From assembly GCF_039654945.1 (NCBI RefSeq), contig NW_027361737.1:5642001-5706000 (forward strand): 64,000 bases of DNA. The letters run 5' to 3'. The notes beneath the pieces are model-generated. The model was not told where the DNA came from, did no database searches, and was given only the letters and a program-made list of their open reading frames with translations. The position numbers and the translations under genes are program-made. Position 1 is the first letter of the stretch. The number at the start of each line of letters is the position of its first letter. This DNA is from Dendrobates tinctorius (Eukaryota). Shown here in pieces: positions 26,458-38,871 of the stretch.

Positions 26458-26787
26458 GTAAGTTGAAACCCTACAATTATTTCCATGGTTAGAAAAGGTA
26501 TCTCGAAGCAAAAAACATGATATGTGATGGCAATAAGGTTTTTTTTGCTCATGGTCTAAAAATATAGCACCATACGTTTTTGTGTCCAAAAATAGTATTG
26601 GAATCATACGATGAAAAATATGAAGCATGTTTTACCAAAGGGAAGGATTAGGACAACCACACTAAGAACATGTATGATGCACAGCTGCAGCCAGGTACGG
26701 ACTGAGGCTAAAATTCAGCCCTGGCATTTGAAGTCACACAGTCCATGGTGTCCCCATCCCCAAGCACCAAAAGGGATATATTACTAA

Positions 26788-27860
26788 CTAGCTGAAGAGC
26801 CCGGCGTTGCCTGGGCATAGTAACCAACTGTGGGTAGTTATAACAAATTATAATGATTATATTGCACATAAAAACCATACATCTAATCCTATCCTGTGTG
26901 ATACTGACTGCTGAGCCGTGTATCTAATCCTATTCTGTGCGATACTGTCTGCTGAGCTGTGTATCTAATACTATTCTGTGTGATACTGTGTGCTGAGCTG
27001 GTATCTAATCCTATCCTGTGTGATACTGACTGCTGAGCCGTGTATCTAATCCTATCCTGTGTGATACTGACTGCTGAGCCGTGTATCTAATCCTATCCTG
27101 TGTGATACTGACTGCTGAGCCGTGTATCTAATCCTATCCTGTGTGATACTGACTGCTGAGCCGTGTATCAAATCCTATCCTGTGTGATACTGGGCTCCCC
27201 CTGCAGTCTGTGTCAGAGGGTGGTCTGGCACGGTAATAAATTGTGTTATTTGCAGCTTTACAGAAGGATGATAACATCATAGAAATGATAAGAATAATAG
27301 GCCTCAGTTACCACAACTGTCTACAAAGAAAACTGTTGCTGATAGCAACCAATCACAGCTCATTTTTCATCTTTTAAACAGCTCTGGGACAGCGGGGCGA
27401 GTTTTGAGTGGCGACTTTTGTGTTTCAACTTTTATGTGGCGAGGTTGGTGTATGTGTGGTGAAAGGTGTGCTGAGGATGGTATAGGTGTTGAAGCACGTG
27501 GTAGTGTGTGGCGCATTTTGTGTGTATGTTCATATCCCTGTGTGTGATGAGTATCCCATGTCAGGGCCCCACCTTAGCAACTATACGGTATATACTATTT
27601 GGCGCCATCGCTCTCATTCTTTAAGTCCCCCTTGTTCACATCTGGCAGCTGTCAATTTGCCTCCAACACATTTCCTTTCACTTTTTCCCCATTATGTAGA
27701 TAGAGGTAAAATTGTTTGGTGAATTGGAACGCGCGGGGTTAAAATTTCGCCTCACAACATAGCCTAAGACGCTCTCGGGGTCCAGACGTGTGACTGTGCA
27801 AAATGTTGTGGCTGTAGCTGCGACGGTGCGGATGCCAATCCCGGACATACACACATATAT
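26788..27860 (-). mobile_element. Non-autonomous Helitron-like element
   Basis: CTAG and GC hairpin 3' end on the minus strand at 26788; carries a minisatellite; right boundary approximate. Confidence 0.55.
26881..27192. repeat. 41-bp minisatellite (GTATCTAATCCTATCCTGTGTGATACTGACTGCTGAGCCGT)n, ~7.5 copies
   Basis: Direct tandem units without spacers. Confidence 0.92.
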
Positions 27861-28367
27861 CATATGCTGGCCAGCAGCGATGCGTGCTGGCCAGCAGGAG
27901 ACCAACGATCAAAAAAATGTCCAGGCCATTCAAGCACGATCAGCGATACCCGGCAGGGAGGCCGGTCACTGACAAGTGTCACAGCGATCTCGCTGGTGAG
28001 ATCGCTGTTGCGTCACAGGGGCTTAAGAATGTAACAGACAAGGCGGCCCACAACCAGAAAGGCCCTTCTGGCATTGCCACAATTGCCAGATGGCCAGTCC
28101 TGCCCTGGCTACAGCTCTCACTTTCACAGTCAGCGCAGGCATCAAGTAAAGTGTTTTAGGCTACAAACCCACGATGAGTATTTATTACGCTTTTGATGCT
28201 GTGTATTTTTGCTGTGGCTAAAACAAAGTACTAACAAAGTGATACAATTTATAGAAATCTCGTGCCCTCTGTGCTTTTTTACGCTGTGTAAACTGACCTG
28301 CGGTACGTGTTTCCAATCCGCAGCATGTCAATTTCTCTTGCGGGTACGCAGTCTCCCCATAGACTTG

Positions 28368-31300
28368 TGGGTCGCCCTCCCAGGGCTGTGGGATACTCGG
28401 TACCGGGCAGGTGTCAGGGGGACGTGCTGCGGTGGCGGTGACCCGGTCCGTGGCCCTGGGCGCCCAATAAAATGGTGGTGGTTTAATGTAATAGTTTATA
28501 TGGATAGTTCGTGACGCCACCTGTGGTGTTCGGCAAGTGTAGTGTTAAGCCAACGCTGCGTGCAGATCTGCTGGGACTGATGGCATAGTGCAGCAAAGAC
28601 GGTGTAGCTCCCCACAGGTGGAGCTGTAGTCCCAGGGCAGTGTAGGTGTGCTGTTGGAGGAGAGGTGCGAGCAGTGTGGATGTTGGCACCCAGATGTAGC
28701 GGTGCTGAAGGTGTGAACGCACAAATGATTGGAGGACACCAGGGCTTGCAGTTTCAAAGCTTTACTCACAGTTCGTGGTACACACTGGTGCCTGCCTCCG
28801 TGCCGTGTCCTCCGGGGCAGAGACCCAGCCAACCTCCAGGCAAGATAGGATTCTCCCCTGCCAACACTCCGCCAATGAGTGCCTTCCTGAATGACTCCTC
28901 CAATGCGCTTTTAATGGTGAAGCACTCCAGTACTTAGTTACCCTGGAATGCCTCCTGACAGATGTTCCTAGAACCTCACTTGTGTGACAGACAGCTGTAG
29001 CCTGCTCGGGGACCTCCTGGATCCCGGCTCTCTATTCGTGTTGCTGTTGTGTCCCAAGTCTTAGATGGGAGTAGTGCATTTACAGCCAGCTACTCCACCG
29101 GTGTCTGATGCAGAACCATAAGTGTCCATACAACCTCGGGGACCAGGCCCCGGCCTTGCGCTGAGAACCTATAGGCAGGGTTTCTCTCTCAACCCACGTC
29201 TCCTCTCTGTTCTCTTCTCCTTCATTCCGTACTTGTCTTTCTCACTTTTATGGAAGTGCAGGTTACAGTTCTACATCTCTCTCTTTCTCTCTCCTTTCCC
29301 ATGCCAGCTGGCTCAGATCACTGAGGCAGCTGCAGCACTCTTTCTTCCCAGACCAGTCCTCAGACTCTCCTGACTGACTGTCTTCCTCTCCCAGCCTCCC
29401 CGGCTGACTGACCTCTTCTCTCTCACTCTCCTGAGAGACTGAGCCGTAATTCTACACTTTCCCACTCTTTTATATCTTTCTCCACCCACCTCCCAGCACA
29501 TCTCGTGTTACGAAGCAAGGACCCACGAAAGGTGCTCTGCTACCCTCTGAGCTAAGAGCCGCAATGTGGCCCTGCTGAACTATCCTGTGTGTGGGGTGCA
29601 GGTGTTGGAGTGTGGCAAGGAGTTCCCACCTTACCTGGATGGTGGGGCACTACACCTTAGGAGAAGGTGTAGTACCTCTGTGGCGACTGAGCCTCAGGGG
29701 TGCCACATACCCCCCCGTTAAACACAGCACATCCGCGGGCTGCAAGGTAAACAAAGTTGGCAGCAAAGAAACATACAAAAATTTTGTAATGCAGAACAAA
29801 CTTTTCTTATACTAAACTTCCTAGTATAGGAGGTACTCATTCTTGAACGTTATCAACAATTCTTATCTAACTATCTAAAATTTTTAATTCTAAGCGCAGT
29901 TCTCAATTCAAAGTGCTATTCTTCTGTAACACATTTTCTCTTACTCTGTCAATTTACTCTTCTAGATGCAAGACGCTGACCGCATATACCTGGTCCGTCA
30001 CCTGTCACTTTCAATTCTTTATTCACATTGCTCATCTCTATATCAGACATTCCTAATTTTCCTATAAAAGCCATTTCTCTGTTACTAATATTCTTATAAA
30101 ACACATTATCAAATACTTTTCAATATAACATTTAAAAGATTCTTGTAAGTGCTGGACACCGCTCGCAGCCGGGATTTCTTGCAGTGTCCTTTGAGGTAGA
30201 CATCATTCTTCGAAAAGTGTCTATGCAAAATACTATCTGCGCAAAGTGTCTTTATGTAAAACATTATCTTTGCAAAGTGTTCTATGTAAAACCAAGAGAG
30301 AGCACCTAAAGAGGTGCAAACTATTTACAATAAAGTTTTGGATCATACAGCGTCCATGATCTCCTCAGTTCTAATCAGAAAACAACGCTGCCAATCAAAA
30401 ACTAGGCAACCATGATGAAAAATAGAAAAAATAGAAAAAGGCACAACTGGTGCAAACAAACCCTCCTGGGTAGCGAGATTTGTAGAATTTCTTTTGAGAC
30501 TAATGGTGGTCCCCTCCTGGGGTTCTGGAACTGGAACCGTTACCAGATGTAGTGTCTTCTTCTTGATTCTGGTTTCTGGCTAACCGCATGTATTCTGCCT
30601 CTTCAGGGATAAGGTTGACAGCTGCCTGTGCGGATACTGTGGTAGCTAATGAGTCTGTTGCTTGGGGCTCTTCAGGGGTTGCAGCCTGGATCTCTGCTGT
30701 CAGCGATTTGGCCAGAGCAGCAGCGGGTACTGATAGATGCTGTTCCGCGATTGCAGGGGGTATCACAGCAAATGATACTACGGCCGGCGGTTGCGGGTAT
30801 AAGGCAATTCGGTGGCCACCCGCGGATGTCGGACCGTTTCTGTCTGCGGGTGCGGCTCCCAACACCAGGATCATAGCAGGAGCAGTCATCATACCTGCTA
30901 CCTCCCGGGGCTGTTCCTGCTCCTGCGGCGGCACTGGATCGCGAATGATGGCAGTCGCAACCCCCAGGGTTGTCTGTTGTACGGCCGGTAGCTGCATCCG
31001 TCCCGGCTTAGGGCCAGGACAGGCCGGCAGGAGCCTGCACGGCCACGCCGGCTTCGGGCTGGGACTCCACTCCCGTCCCACAATCTCCGGGACTCTCATG
31101 TATCTTCTCCTGGCAGGCCACATCCCATGACAGCACCGACCTGGATGCAGCGGCGGGCGCTGTAAAAGGTACCGGAGCGGCGGTACGCTCCGCGAGCACT
31201 GCCTGGGGGAGGGCGGCTTCTCACCGCCATTTTCTTCTGGCCTCCGCGCTCCTTCCTTCATGGCGTTCTGGCATTCTTCCTGCCTCGGCCCCTTTCCCGC

Positions 31301-32873
31301 CACTGGCTTCTTCTGCCCCTCCTTCCGGGGGCGGCGTCTTCTTCCAGCGCCTCCATACCAAGCCAGTATACGAACCCCTCGGGGGGTGGGCCATGTAGCT
31401 GTCACATAATAATTCAGGCAGGGAAGGCCCAATACTCTTCGCGGTCTTTTCTTAGGACCTCCCATCTCTTCACGCCCTTCTTCTCCACACCAGCGGCCAT
31501 TTCTAATGTCCATTTTGCAGTCTATCAAATTAGGTCTTCTACACATTTTCAAATATTCAAAGTCCAATAAACTTCAGGTGCACAGAACCCGATGGTATCG
31601 GGTCTCATCATCCTGTTCGTGATGCCAAAATTGGGTCGCCCTCCCAGGGCTGTGGGATACTCGGTACCGGGCCGGTGTCAGGGGGACGTGCTGCGGTGGC
31701 GGTGACCCGGTCCGTGGTCCTGGGCGCCCAATAAAATGGTGGTGGTTTAATGTAATAATTTATATGGATAGTTCGTGATGCCACCTGTCGTGTTCGGCAA
31801 GTGTGGTGTTAAGCCAACGCTGCGTGCAGATCCGCTGGGACTGATGGCATAGTGCAGCAAAGATGGTGTAGCTCCCCACAGGTGGAGCTGTAGTCCCAGG
31901 GCAGTGTAGGTGCACTGTTGGAGGAGAGGTGCGAGCAGTGTGGATGCTGGCACCCAGATGTAGCGGTGCTGAAGGTGTGAACGCACAAATGATTGGAGGA
32001 CACCAGGGCAAGATAGGATTCTCCCCTGCCAACACTCCGCCAACGAGTGCCTTCCTGAACGACTCCTCCAATGCGCTTTTAATGGTGAAGCACTCCAGTA
32101 CTTAGTTACCCTGGAATGTCTCCTGCCAGATGTTCCTAGAACCTCACTTGTATGACAGACAGCTGTAGCCTGCTCGGTGACCTCCTGGATCCCGGCTCTC
32201 TATTCGTGTTGCTGTTGTGTCCCAAGTCTTGGATGGGAGTAGTGCATTTACAGCCAGCTACTCCACAGGTGTCTGATGCAGAACCATAAGTGTCCATACA
32301 ACCTCGGGGACCGGGCCCCGGCCTTGCGCTGAGAACCTATAGGCAGGGTTCCTCTCTCAACCCACGTCTCCTCTCTGTTCTCTTCTCCTTCGTTCCATAC
32401 TTGTCTTTCTCTCTCTTATGGAAGTGCAGGTTACAGTTCTACATCTCTCTTTCTCTCTCCATTTCTGTGCCAGCTGGCTCAGATCACTGAGGCAGCTGCA
32501 GCACTCTTTCTTCCCAGACGAGTCCTCAGACTCTCCTGACTGACTGTCTTCCTCTCCCAGCCTCCCCGGCTGACTGACCTCTTCTCTCTCACTTTCCTGA
32601 GAGACTGAGCCGTAATTCTACACTTTCCCACTCTTTTATATCTAACTCCACCCACCTCCCAGCACATCTCATGTTACGAAGCAAGGACCCACGAAAGGTG
32701 CTCTGCTACCCTCTGAGCTAAGAGCCGCAATGTGGCCCTGCTGAACTATCCTGTGTGTGGGGTGCAGGTGTTGGAGTGTGGCAAAGAGTTCCCACCTTGC
32801 CTGGATGGTAGGGCACTACACCTTAGGAGAAGGTGCAGTACCTCTGTGGCGACTGAGCCTCAGGGACGCCACA
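28368..32873 (-). mobile_element. Non-autonomous LTR retrotransposon (5' LTR 31632-32873, 3' LTR 28368-29707)
   Basis: TG...CA LTRs; 4-bp TSD CTTG at 28364-28367 and 32874-32877; tRNA-Ser-type PBS 31610-31627; PPT 29708-29717; no pol. Confidence 0.9.
30500..31567 (-). CDS. Orphan Pro/Ala/Arg-rich ORF in the LTR element interior; no recognisable domain
   Basis: 355-aa open frame starting just after the PBS, in element orientation. Confidence 0.35.
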   Translation of the reverse strand: MDFEYLKMCRRPNLIDCKMDIRNGRWCGEEGREEMGGPKKRPRRVLGLPCLNYYVTATWPTPRGVRILAWYGGAGRRRRPRKEGQKKPVAGKGPRQEECQNAMKEGARRPEENGGEKPPSPRQCSRSVPPLRYLLQRPPLHPGRCCHGMWPARRRYMRVPEIVGREWSPSPKPAWPCRLLPACPGPKPGRMQLPAVQQTTLGVATAIIRDPVPPQEQEQPREVAGMMTAPAMILVLGAAPADRNGPTSAGGHRIALYPQPPAVVSFAVIPPAIAEQHLSVPAAALAKSLTAEIQAATPEEPQATDSLATTVSAQAAVNLIPEEAEYMRLARNQNQEEDTTSGNGSSSRTPGGDHH

Positions 32874-32908
32874 CTTGCATTAGTTGCGGAAAATCCGCAA
32901 GTAAAAAG

Positions 32909-34228
32909 TATCGTGGTAATGAATTTAAATACCTCGGAATATGGGTATCAATGCCTATATCTAGATTTCTCGAATTAAACCTGGATCCTTTATTAGTTAA
33001 ACTTAAAGCCAAGATGACAGCATGGTGTAAACTAGTATTGTCAATAGTAGGGAGGACGAACCTACTTAAAATGATAATGATGCCTCAGTTGGTGTATATT
33101 CTCCATAATACCCCGGTGTGGATCCCAAAGAGAAGATTTTATAAAATTAATACTATTTTTAGGGAACTAATTTGGGGGAAAAAACAAGCAAAACTTAAAC
33201 TGGAAGTGCTCCAAAGGGGGAAGGAGGGCTGGCGGCACCAAACCCATGGATATACTTTATAGCAACGCAAGGGCAGCACTTCAGAGGTTGGCAAGAGGAG
33301 GGAAATTTAAATGTTATGGGAAAAATTTTGGCCCAACTGACCAATAAAAAAATATTAATACAGAGTCTGGAGGCGGGATGCTTTGTGAGTCATGGAAAAG
33401 GACTACCTACTTTTAGGTTAATGCATAAAATATGGCAAAATATTAAGAGTCTCAGAGGAATTGGGGAATTGACGACATACACGCCTATTTGGGATAATGC
33501 AAGCCTATCAGAACTGTGTAAATTGAAGGATTTTGGTGATTGGGAGAGGAAAGGATTGCAATATATGTGGCAGTTACTGGAGGGGACGGAAATCAAGCCA
33601 TTTTCTGTATTAAAAGAGGAGTTTGGGCTCTCGAGCAGCGGGGAGTTTCGATACCTCGGTCTCAGGCATGCATTCCAGGCACAGAAACATATGACACATA
33701 TGACGGTACAAAAAGATGTTGTGTTGGATTATGTGTGCGCATCTGGGGGTACGAGGGGAGTTATTTCCACCATTTACCGGGACCTATTGTACTCCCACAT
33801 GATTAGGTTTCCCCTAAAGGCAAAAGCTAAATGGGAGAGGGAAGTGGGACAGATAGAAGATGAAATATGGGACACTATATTAGAATATATACCCAAACTT
33901 TCATTGAGTGAACCGGGTAGGATATCGCAGCTGTACATCATACATAGAACGTATAAAACCCCGGAACTTATGGAAAAAATGGGCCTGAGGGACAATGCGG
34001 AATGTCCAAGATGTAGAGTTGAGCCCGCGGGAATGTTACACATGCTCTGGTCCTGCCCAAGACTCTCTTCATATTGGGGGGAGGTTATTGAACAAATTGA
34101 GAAGATATACCAATGTGGAGTGGGAAGGGACCCCATAACGTGTGTGTTGGGGTATGTGGAGGAAGTGTCTGTGGGAAATGCATATAAGCCAATTATAGCA
34201 AAACTTTTATATGTTGCCCGTAAACCAT
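32909..34228 (+). mobile_element. LINE-1 ORF2 C-terminal fragment, frameshifted
   Basis: FKYLGI, LSIVGRTNLLKMIMMPQLVY and zinc knuckle CPRC...HMLWSCP. Confidence 0.88.
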
Positions 34229-34606
34229 AGTCTTCTCCAACAGATGGTATATTACATTAGAAGCATTGCTTATCTCTGCAATACAGAAGGCACACATCTA
34301 CAACAGTTTCACTGCACTCATGGAAAAAATATCATTCACACCGACTATGCTAAACATGAGCCACACTGGTTTCCGTAAGTATGGAACCTATACTTCATGG
34401 CCTGTCCCACCAACTCATGTCAACTGGGAAATCTGGACTTCAGATTCGTTGGTTGCGTTTAATGCCTCAGAGAACGACTTGTAGCTGAACCATTGATCGT
34501 GCTTCATAAATGGTCTTGTCCTACATGTGCCCTTAAAGCTGCATATTTTATTGAATTGTACAGCACTTAAGGTTGATGTATTAACTTTTTCTATTCTTGT
34601 TCACAG

Positions 34607-34624
34607 AATGATGGACCCGTTTAA
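34607..34624 (+). CDS. TM4SF4: TM4SF4 copy A, terminal coding exon 5 (NDGPV*)
   Basis: Polypyrimidine tract plus CAG acceptor; matches the xDGPV* C-terminus of TM4SF4. Confidence 0.9.
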   Translation, partial: NDGPV

Positions 34625-34730
34625 CGTAATTATATTTCATCACTCCCCTCAAAAAATGTGACCCACCAAAAGGAAGACGAATGGAGAGTTCAGATAACTT
34701 TGACTGTACTTTCTTTTGTAAAAAAAAAAA

Positions 34731-34770
34731 AATAAAGATAAAAAAAGTAAAACTTTATAAAACGAATAAA
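34731..34770 (+). terminator. Candidate polyadenylation signals of copy A (AATAAA at 34731 and 34765)
   Basis: Two AATAAA hexamers 100-150 nt after the stop codon. Confidence 0.55.
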
Positions 34771-37074
34771 TCACAAGTGTATGATCCACATCATATTTAA
34801 TACTCAGTCATTCATAGCAAGGGATGTAAAGTTGTTTGTAAAATGGGTTTTGCCATTGGCATTGCTGGCTGCAACTTGGATTATTTTTCTACTACAGAAC
34901 TTGTATTTCAGGAACCCTCAAAGTGAATGAGCGGCTGGATAACAAAAAGCTGTGAGCATTTCTCTTAGTGCAAAAGCCATTTTTTACTGGCGTACCTGCT
35001 CTTGTAATAAATATGGGTCCAACTAGGGACAAATCACAACACTCAGGCAGATTTACTGAACAGACGTGAACCACTGAACAGATGTGTGCCATTTTACTGC
35101 AAAACAGCACAAATTTATGGAGGAATACAGCAAGTATTCTGGTCAGAAAGAGACAAAATATAAACAGATCATGTCACTGAATAATTCAAAAAATTTGATT
35201 CACAGAATTATCAAAGCCTATAATTCTCTGGAAAATATCTGTGTACCACATTTTGAGCTCTGTAACGCAAATAATAGCCTTTTTAATATCCAACTGACTT
35301 CAACCTAACTGGCTAGTGGGAAATAGTTGGTAACCAGAAGTAACCCACAGTGTATTTAACATAATATTTAACTGCAGTATAAAACTTTGTAGGCTACTTA
35401 AATTTTGTAAACGGTCTAAAAATTATCCCTTTTGAGGGGAGTATGTGCATGCATTGCTGCTTTTTATTGGCAGGCAGTATAAATAGGAGAAGCCATGGCA
35501 TTTTCACATGGTTGGATGCAAAAATTATTCTTGTTTGTATGGTAAAAAGAGCTTTGTACTTTGCTAAATGAAGAAGTGATAGCTTTTTCATAAGCTGTCC
35601 AAAAATTATCCCTTTAATCAGGAAGCCAAAACAGGTACACTGTTTTGAATGTAAAGCTGTAATGATCTCTCAACTACAAGTGAAAGAATAATATAATTTT
35701 GGGCAGTCTGCAACTGATTTGCTAATCATAAAATGATTTTGCTTTTTACGAAGTCTTCCAAAAATTATCCCCTATTTTCTGGAGACAAAAATTTCTTAAC
35801 AAATTTTGAAAATTATTTACGGATCAAGTTTAAAGAATTTTAGTTTGATAATTATGTAAAATTATTAATCTATCACAATCCTGATTAGGGTGCTGCTAGG
35901 AAAATTCAACCCAAATGCATTCACAATAATATTTAATTTCCTGCAAAATTAGAAAGAAGGTGAGTTTGTTGTACTGAAACATTTCTGTGGGTAATATGAT
36001 AAATTTTGATGTTGAAAAAATGTTGCATTTTGTGCCCAAACCTGCCATTTGGTACAATAAATAACGGCGGATAGGGATCTTCCATTGAGCCTGAGAGTAC
36101 ACAATTTTTTTTGCAAAAGGCAATGCTATCCAGATGGTCTGACATCAATTGTGGTGAACTTGGACATGTGGGAGTACAGTTTCCATGTAATTGGATGTTT
36201 GAACACATTTCTTGGGCACACAAAATGAGAACTGAAGCTACAATGGAAGTAGAAGAGGAAGTGTATGGAAAGCACTAGGTGAATATGATGATGGGATGAT
36301 GATAACAACAAGGCACTGCTTGTGGGTGCACTTTGGTTACAAGAGAGATGATGACGAGGAGAGGAAGGAGGGCAGCTTGGGCGTTGTTCATCTTGCTGGT
36401 CAGATTGCTTTCTCCACATGAGTAAATTATGCTATTTCATGTGCTGACCGAGTGATTGAAGTTGCTATTTGATGTGTAACAGGATGTACCTGCCTTATTT
36501 TCCAGCAGCACAGCCTGTCCAATGTAGTAGATTGGTCTTCCAGCAATATGAAAAAAAAATTCCCACACATGAGAAGCCTGCACATATGACTCACCACCAC
36601 CGTGACTAGACCTTTCGAACAATCCAATCTGCATTACCTACCCCAGAGCAGACCACAGAAAAAGCTGATTTGGCCTCATAGGATGTTTTTGATGCACATT
36701 GCATGTGCAGTGTATCATCTATGCAGCAACCTCCTCCTCTTATGGCCTCAATTCCTCATCACCCTCCCTAGTTCCCAGGTTTTGCCTTTTTCTATCAAAA
36801 TTCTGTGTGCTCTGAGCTCCTATCCCTACACAGTACAGGCATAATATGGCAATCTTTGGCCAGCCCCTATGTTTCCTACTGCCTGTGATAGCCCCTGATT
36901 GACTGTGCCACACAATGTTATCGGATTTTTACAGAGCATTATGGGAAAGCCCGTGCTACTGCTCCTGATGCCATTAGCTTGATCACCGAGTATGTAGTAT
37001 GTGTGAATTGATGCCGGCATTTTTTTTTTGCTGATTCTCACAGAATTGCAGGTTGTTCGAATTTGCAAGGAACC

Positions 37075-38378
37075 TCAGACTTTATACAATGGAGACAGAT
37101 GGGGCAGGATCTTGGAACAGATGGTCAGGATCATGAGACTGATGGGGCAGGATAACGGGACAGATGGGGAAAGATCATGGGACAGATGGGGCAGGATGGG
37201 GGTGTCATATGGGGCAGAATGGATACTCATGAGGGCAGGATGGGAGAACATATGGCTGGAGTCAGGAATGAGATACACGGGGCTAGGACGTAGGATATTA
37301 TTACCATAGGGGCTAATTAAGGGATATTATTACTGCAGTGATGTATTTATTTTATTTTTTTGAGGACACTGTTTTAAATGGAGGGGCAGTCCTGTTACTG
37401 TGCAGAGCGACTAAAAAATTAAGTAATGTGTTCTGCAAGCGGAGCTCTAGATAACTTTCCTGTTATTTCCTGCAGAGATGAGCCCTGGTTGGAAGACGTG
37501 ATGGCGGTCTGTGCTGGATGAAGATGAAAAGCGAAGATGAAGGACTTCACCTAGAGCCGTCACTGGTGAGTCAGTGTGTTACCTGTACACTGACACTATA
37601 CACTATATACAGAGTGCCTGTGTACAATGTCACCAGTGATCACTGTATTAACTGTGCACTGACACTATACACTATATACTGAGCTCCTGTGTACAATGTC
37701 ACCGGTGATCACTGTATTACCTTTACACTGACACTATATACAGAGCTCCTGTGTATATTGTCACTGGTGATCACTGTATTACCTGTACACGGACACTGCA
37801 TACTAAGTACAGATCTCCTGAGTATAATGGCACTTATGGTGATAGTATTGTGTTTTTTTATTAATGATCAATATTGTAGTATTCAGTCACCATGTGGTGG
37901 TAATATGTGGTCTGGACATGGTGTGGCTGTATTTGTTCCTTGTATGTGGTATTATAGGTCACTATGTGGTGGTAATATGGTGTGTGGTCATGGTGCGGTG
38001 GTATTTGTCCCTTTGGATGTGATATTATTGGTCATTTTAAAAATAAATAGAAATATACCTAAATTGTATTGCATATTTTAACAAATTTTTAATAGGTTAG
38101 AGTACAGTAGGGCCCAGTCAAAAGAGTCTACCTTGTCATTGTGGCAGATTAAAAAAATCTTTTGGCCAAAACAAGAGCTGCTGGCTATATGTGTGATCTG
38201 GTGATGGGAACTGTTAATGTGTGATTGGTGAGAAGTGGAGTTTTTCTAAGAGAGAGCGGTGGGACTGTGGACAGTTCGAGGGGTGGAGGCGGGGCTGGGG
38301 TGGAGCCTGGGTGGAGTCTCAAGGGGGCCCCAAAAATTTTGCCAGTATGGGGCCCCAAAATTCCTAGTGGCAGCCCTG
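37075..38378. mobile_element. Non-autonomous hAT-like fragment with internal tandem repeats (~37550-37800)
   Basis: Right terminus CCTAGTGGCAGCCCTG; repeated TCACTGTATTACCTGTACACTGACACT units. Confidence 0.5.
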
Positions 38379-38871
38379 ACTGTACTGGTAAATGTGCCAA
38401 AGTGTAGTTAATGTAGTTGCCCAATATACTGTATCTTTTTATGGTAAGTATTCATATATGAGGAACTATAAGAGGTGAGATCTCTAAGCAGAACTTTTAC
38501 GTTGGTTCTGGGTATATTGACATATTGTAGTAACGTGGAGACACAAATCTGCATGATTACTACACAGCAAAAAAAGCGACGTCTAATTAGATATTGTAGG
38601 TATCGTTGTTTTGCCACAACTGATGTCACTATTTGGGAAGCAAAAGGACCTATTTCATAATGTGACCACAATTGTGGCAAAGTCACGACTAGAAAAGCAT
38701 AAAACACCATTGTTATTTTCGAAGGCTTTTGCATTGTTGAAATAGCTGAGGTTTCCATGGCATACTGGGAGTTGTAATTTTCATAACCACTGGAGAGCCA
38801 CAGGTTGGAGAACATAGGCTTAGCACAGCACTGTAAATATTTACCAATCATATACTAGATTTTTTCTGTTA

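Larger units (their letters stand above)
26692..28107. mobile_element. Non-autonomous hAT element with nested insertions
   Basis: CAGGTACGGACTG...CAGTCCTGCCCTG termini; 8-bp TSD GCTGCAGC / GCTACAGC. Confidence 0.7.

Noticed and set aside
26881-27192. CRISPR-like array
   Set aside because: Contiguous 41-bp units with no unique spacers, in a eukaryotic intron; it is a minisatellite.
35980-37040. Possible decayed hAT/ZBED transposase on the minus strand
   Set aside because: Only scattered motif-like fragments; no frame or termini that I can support.
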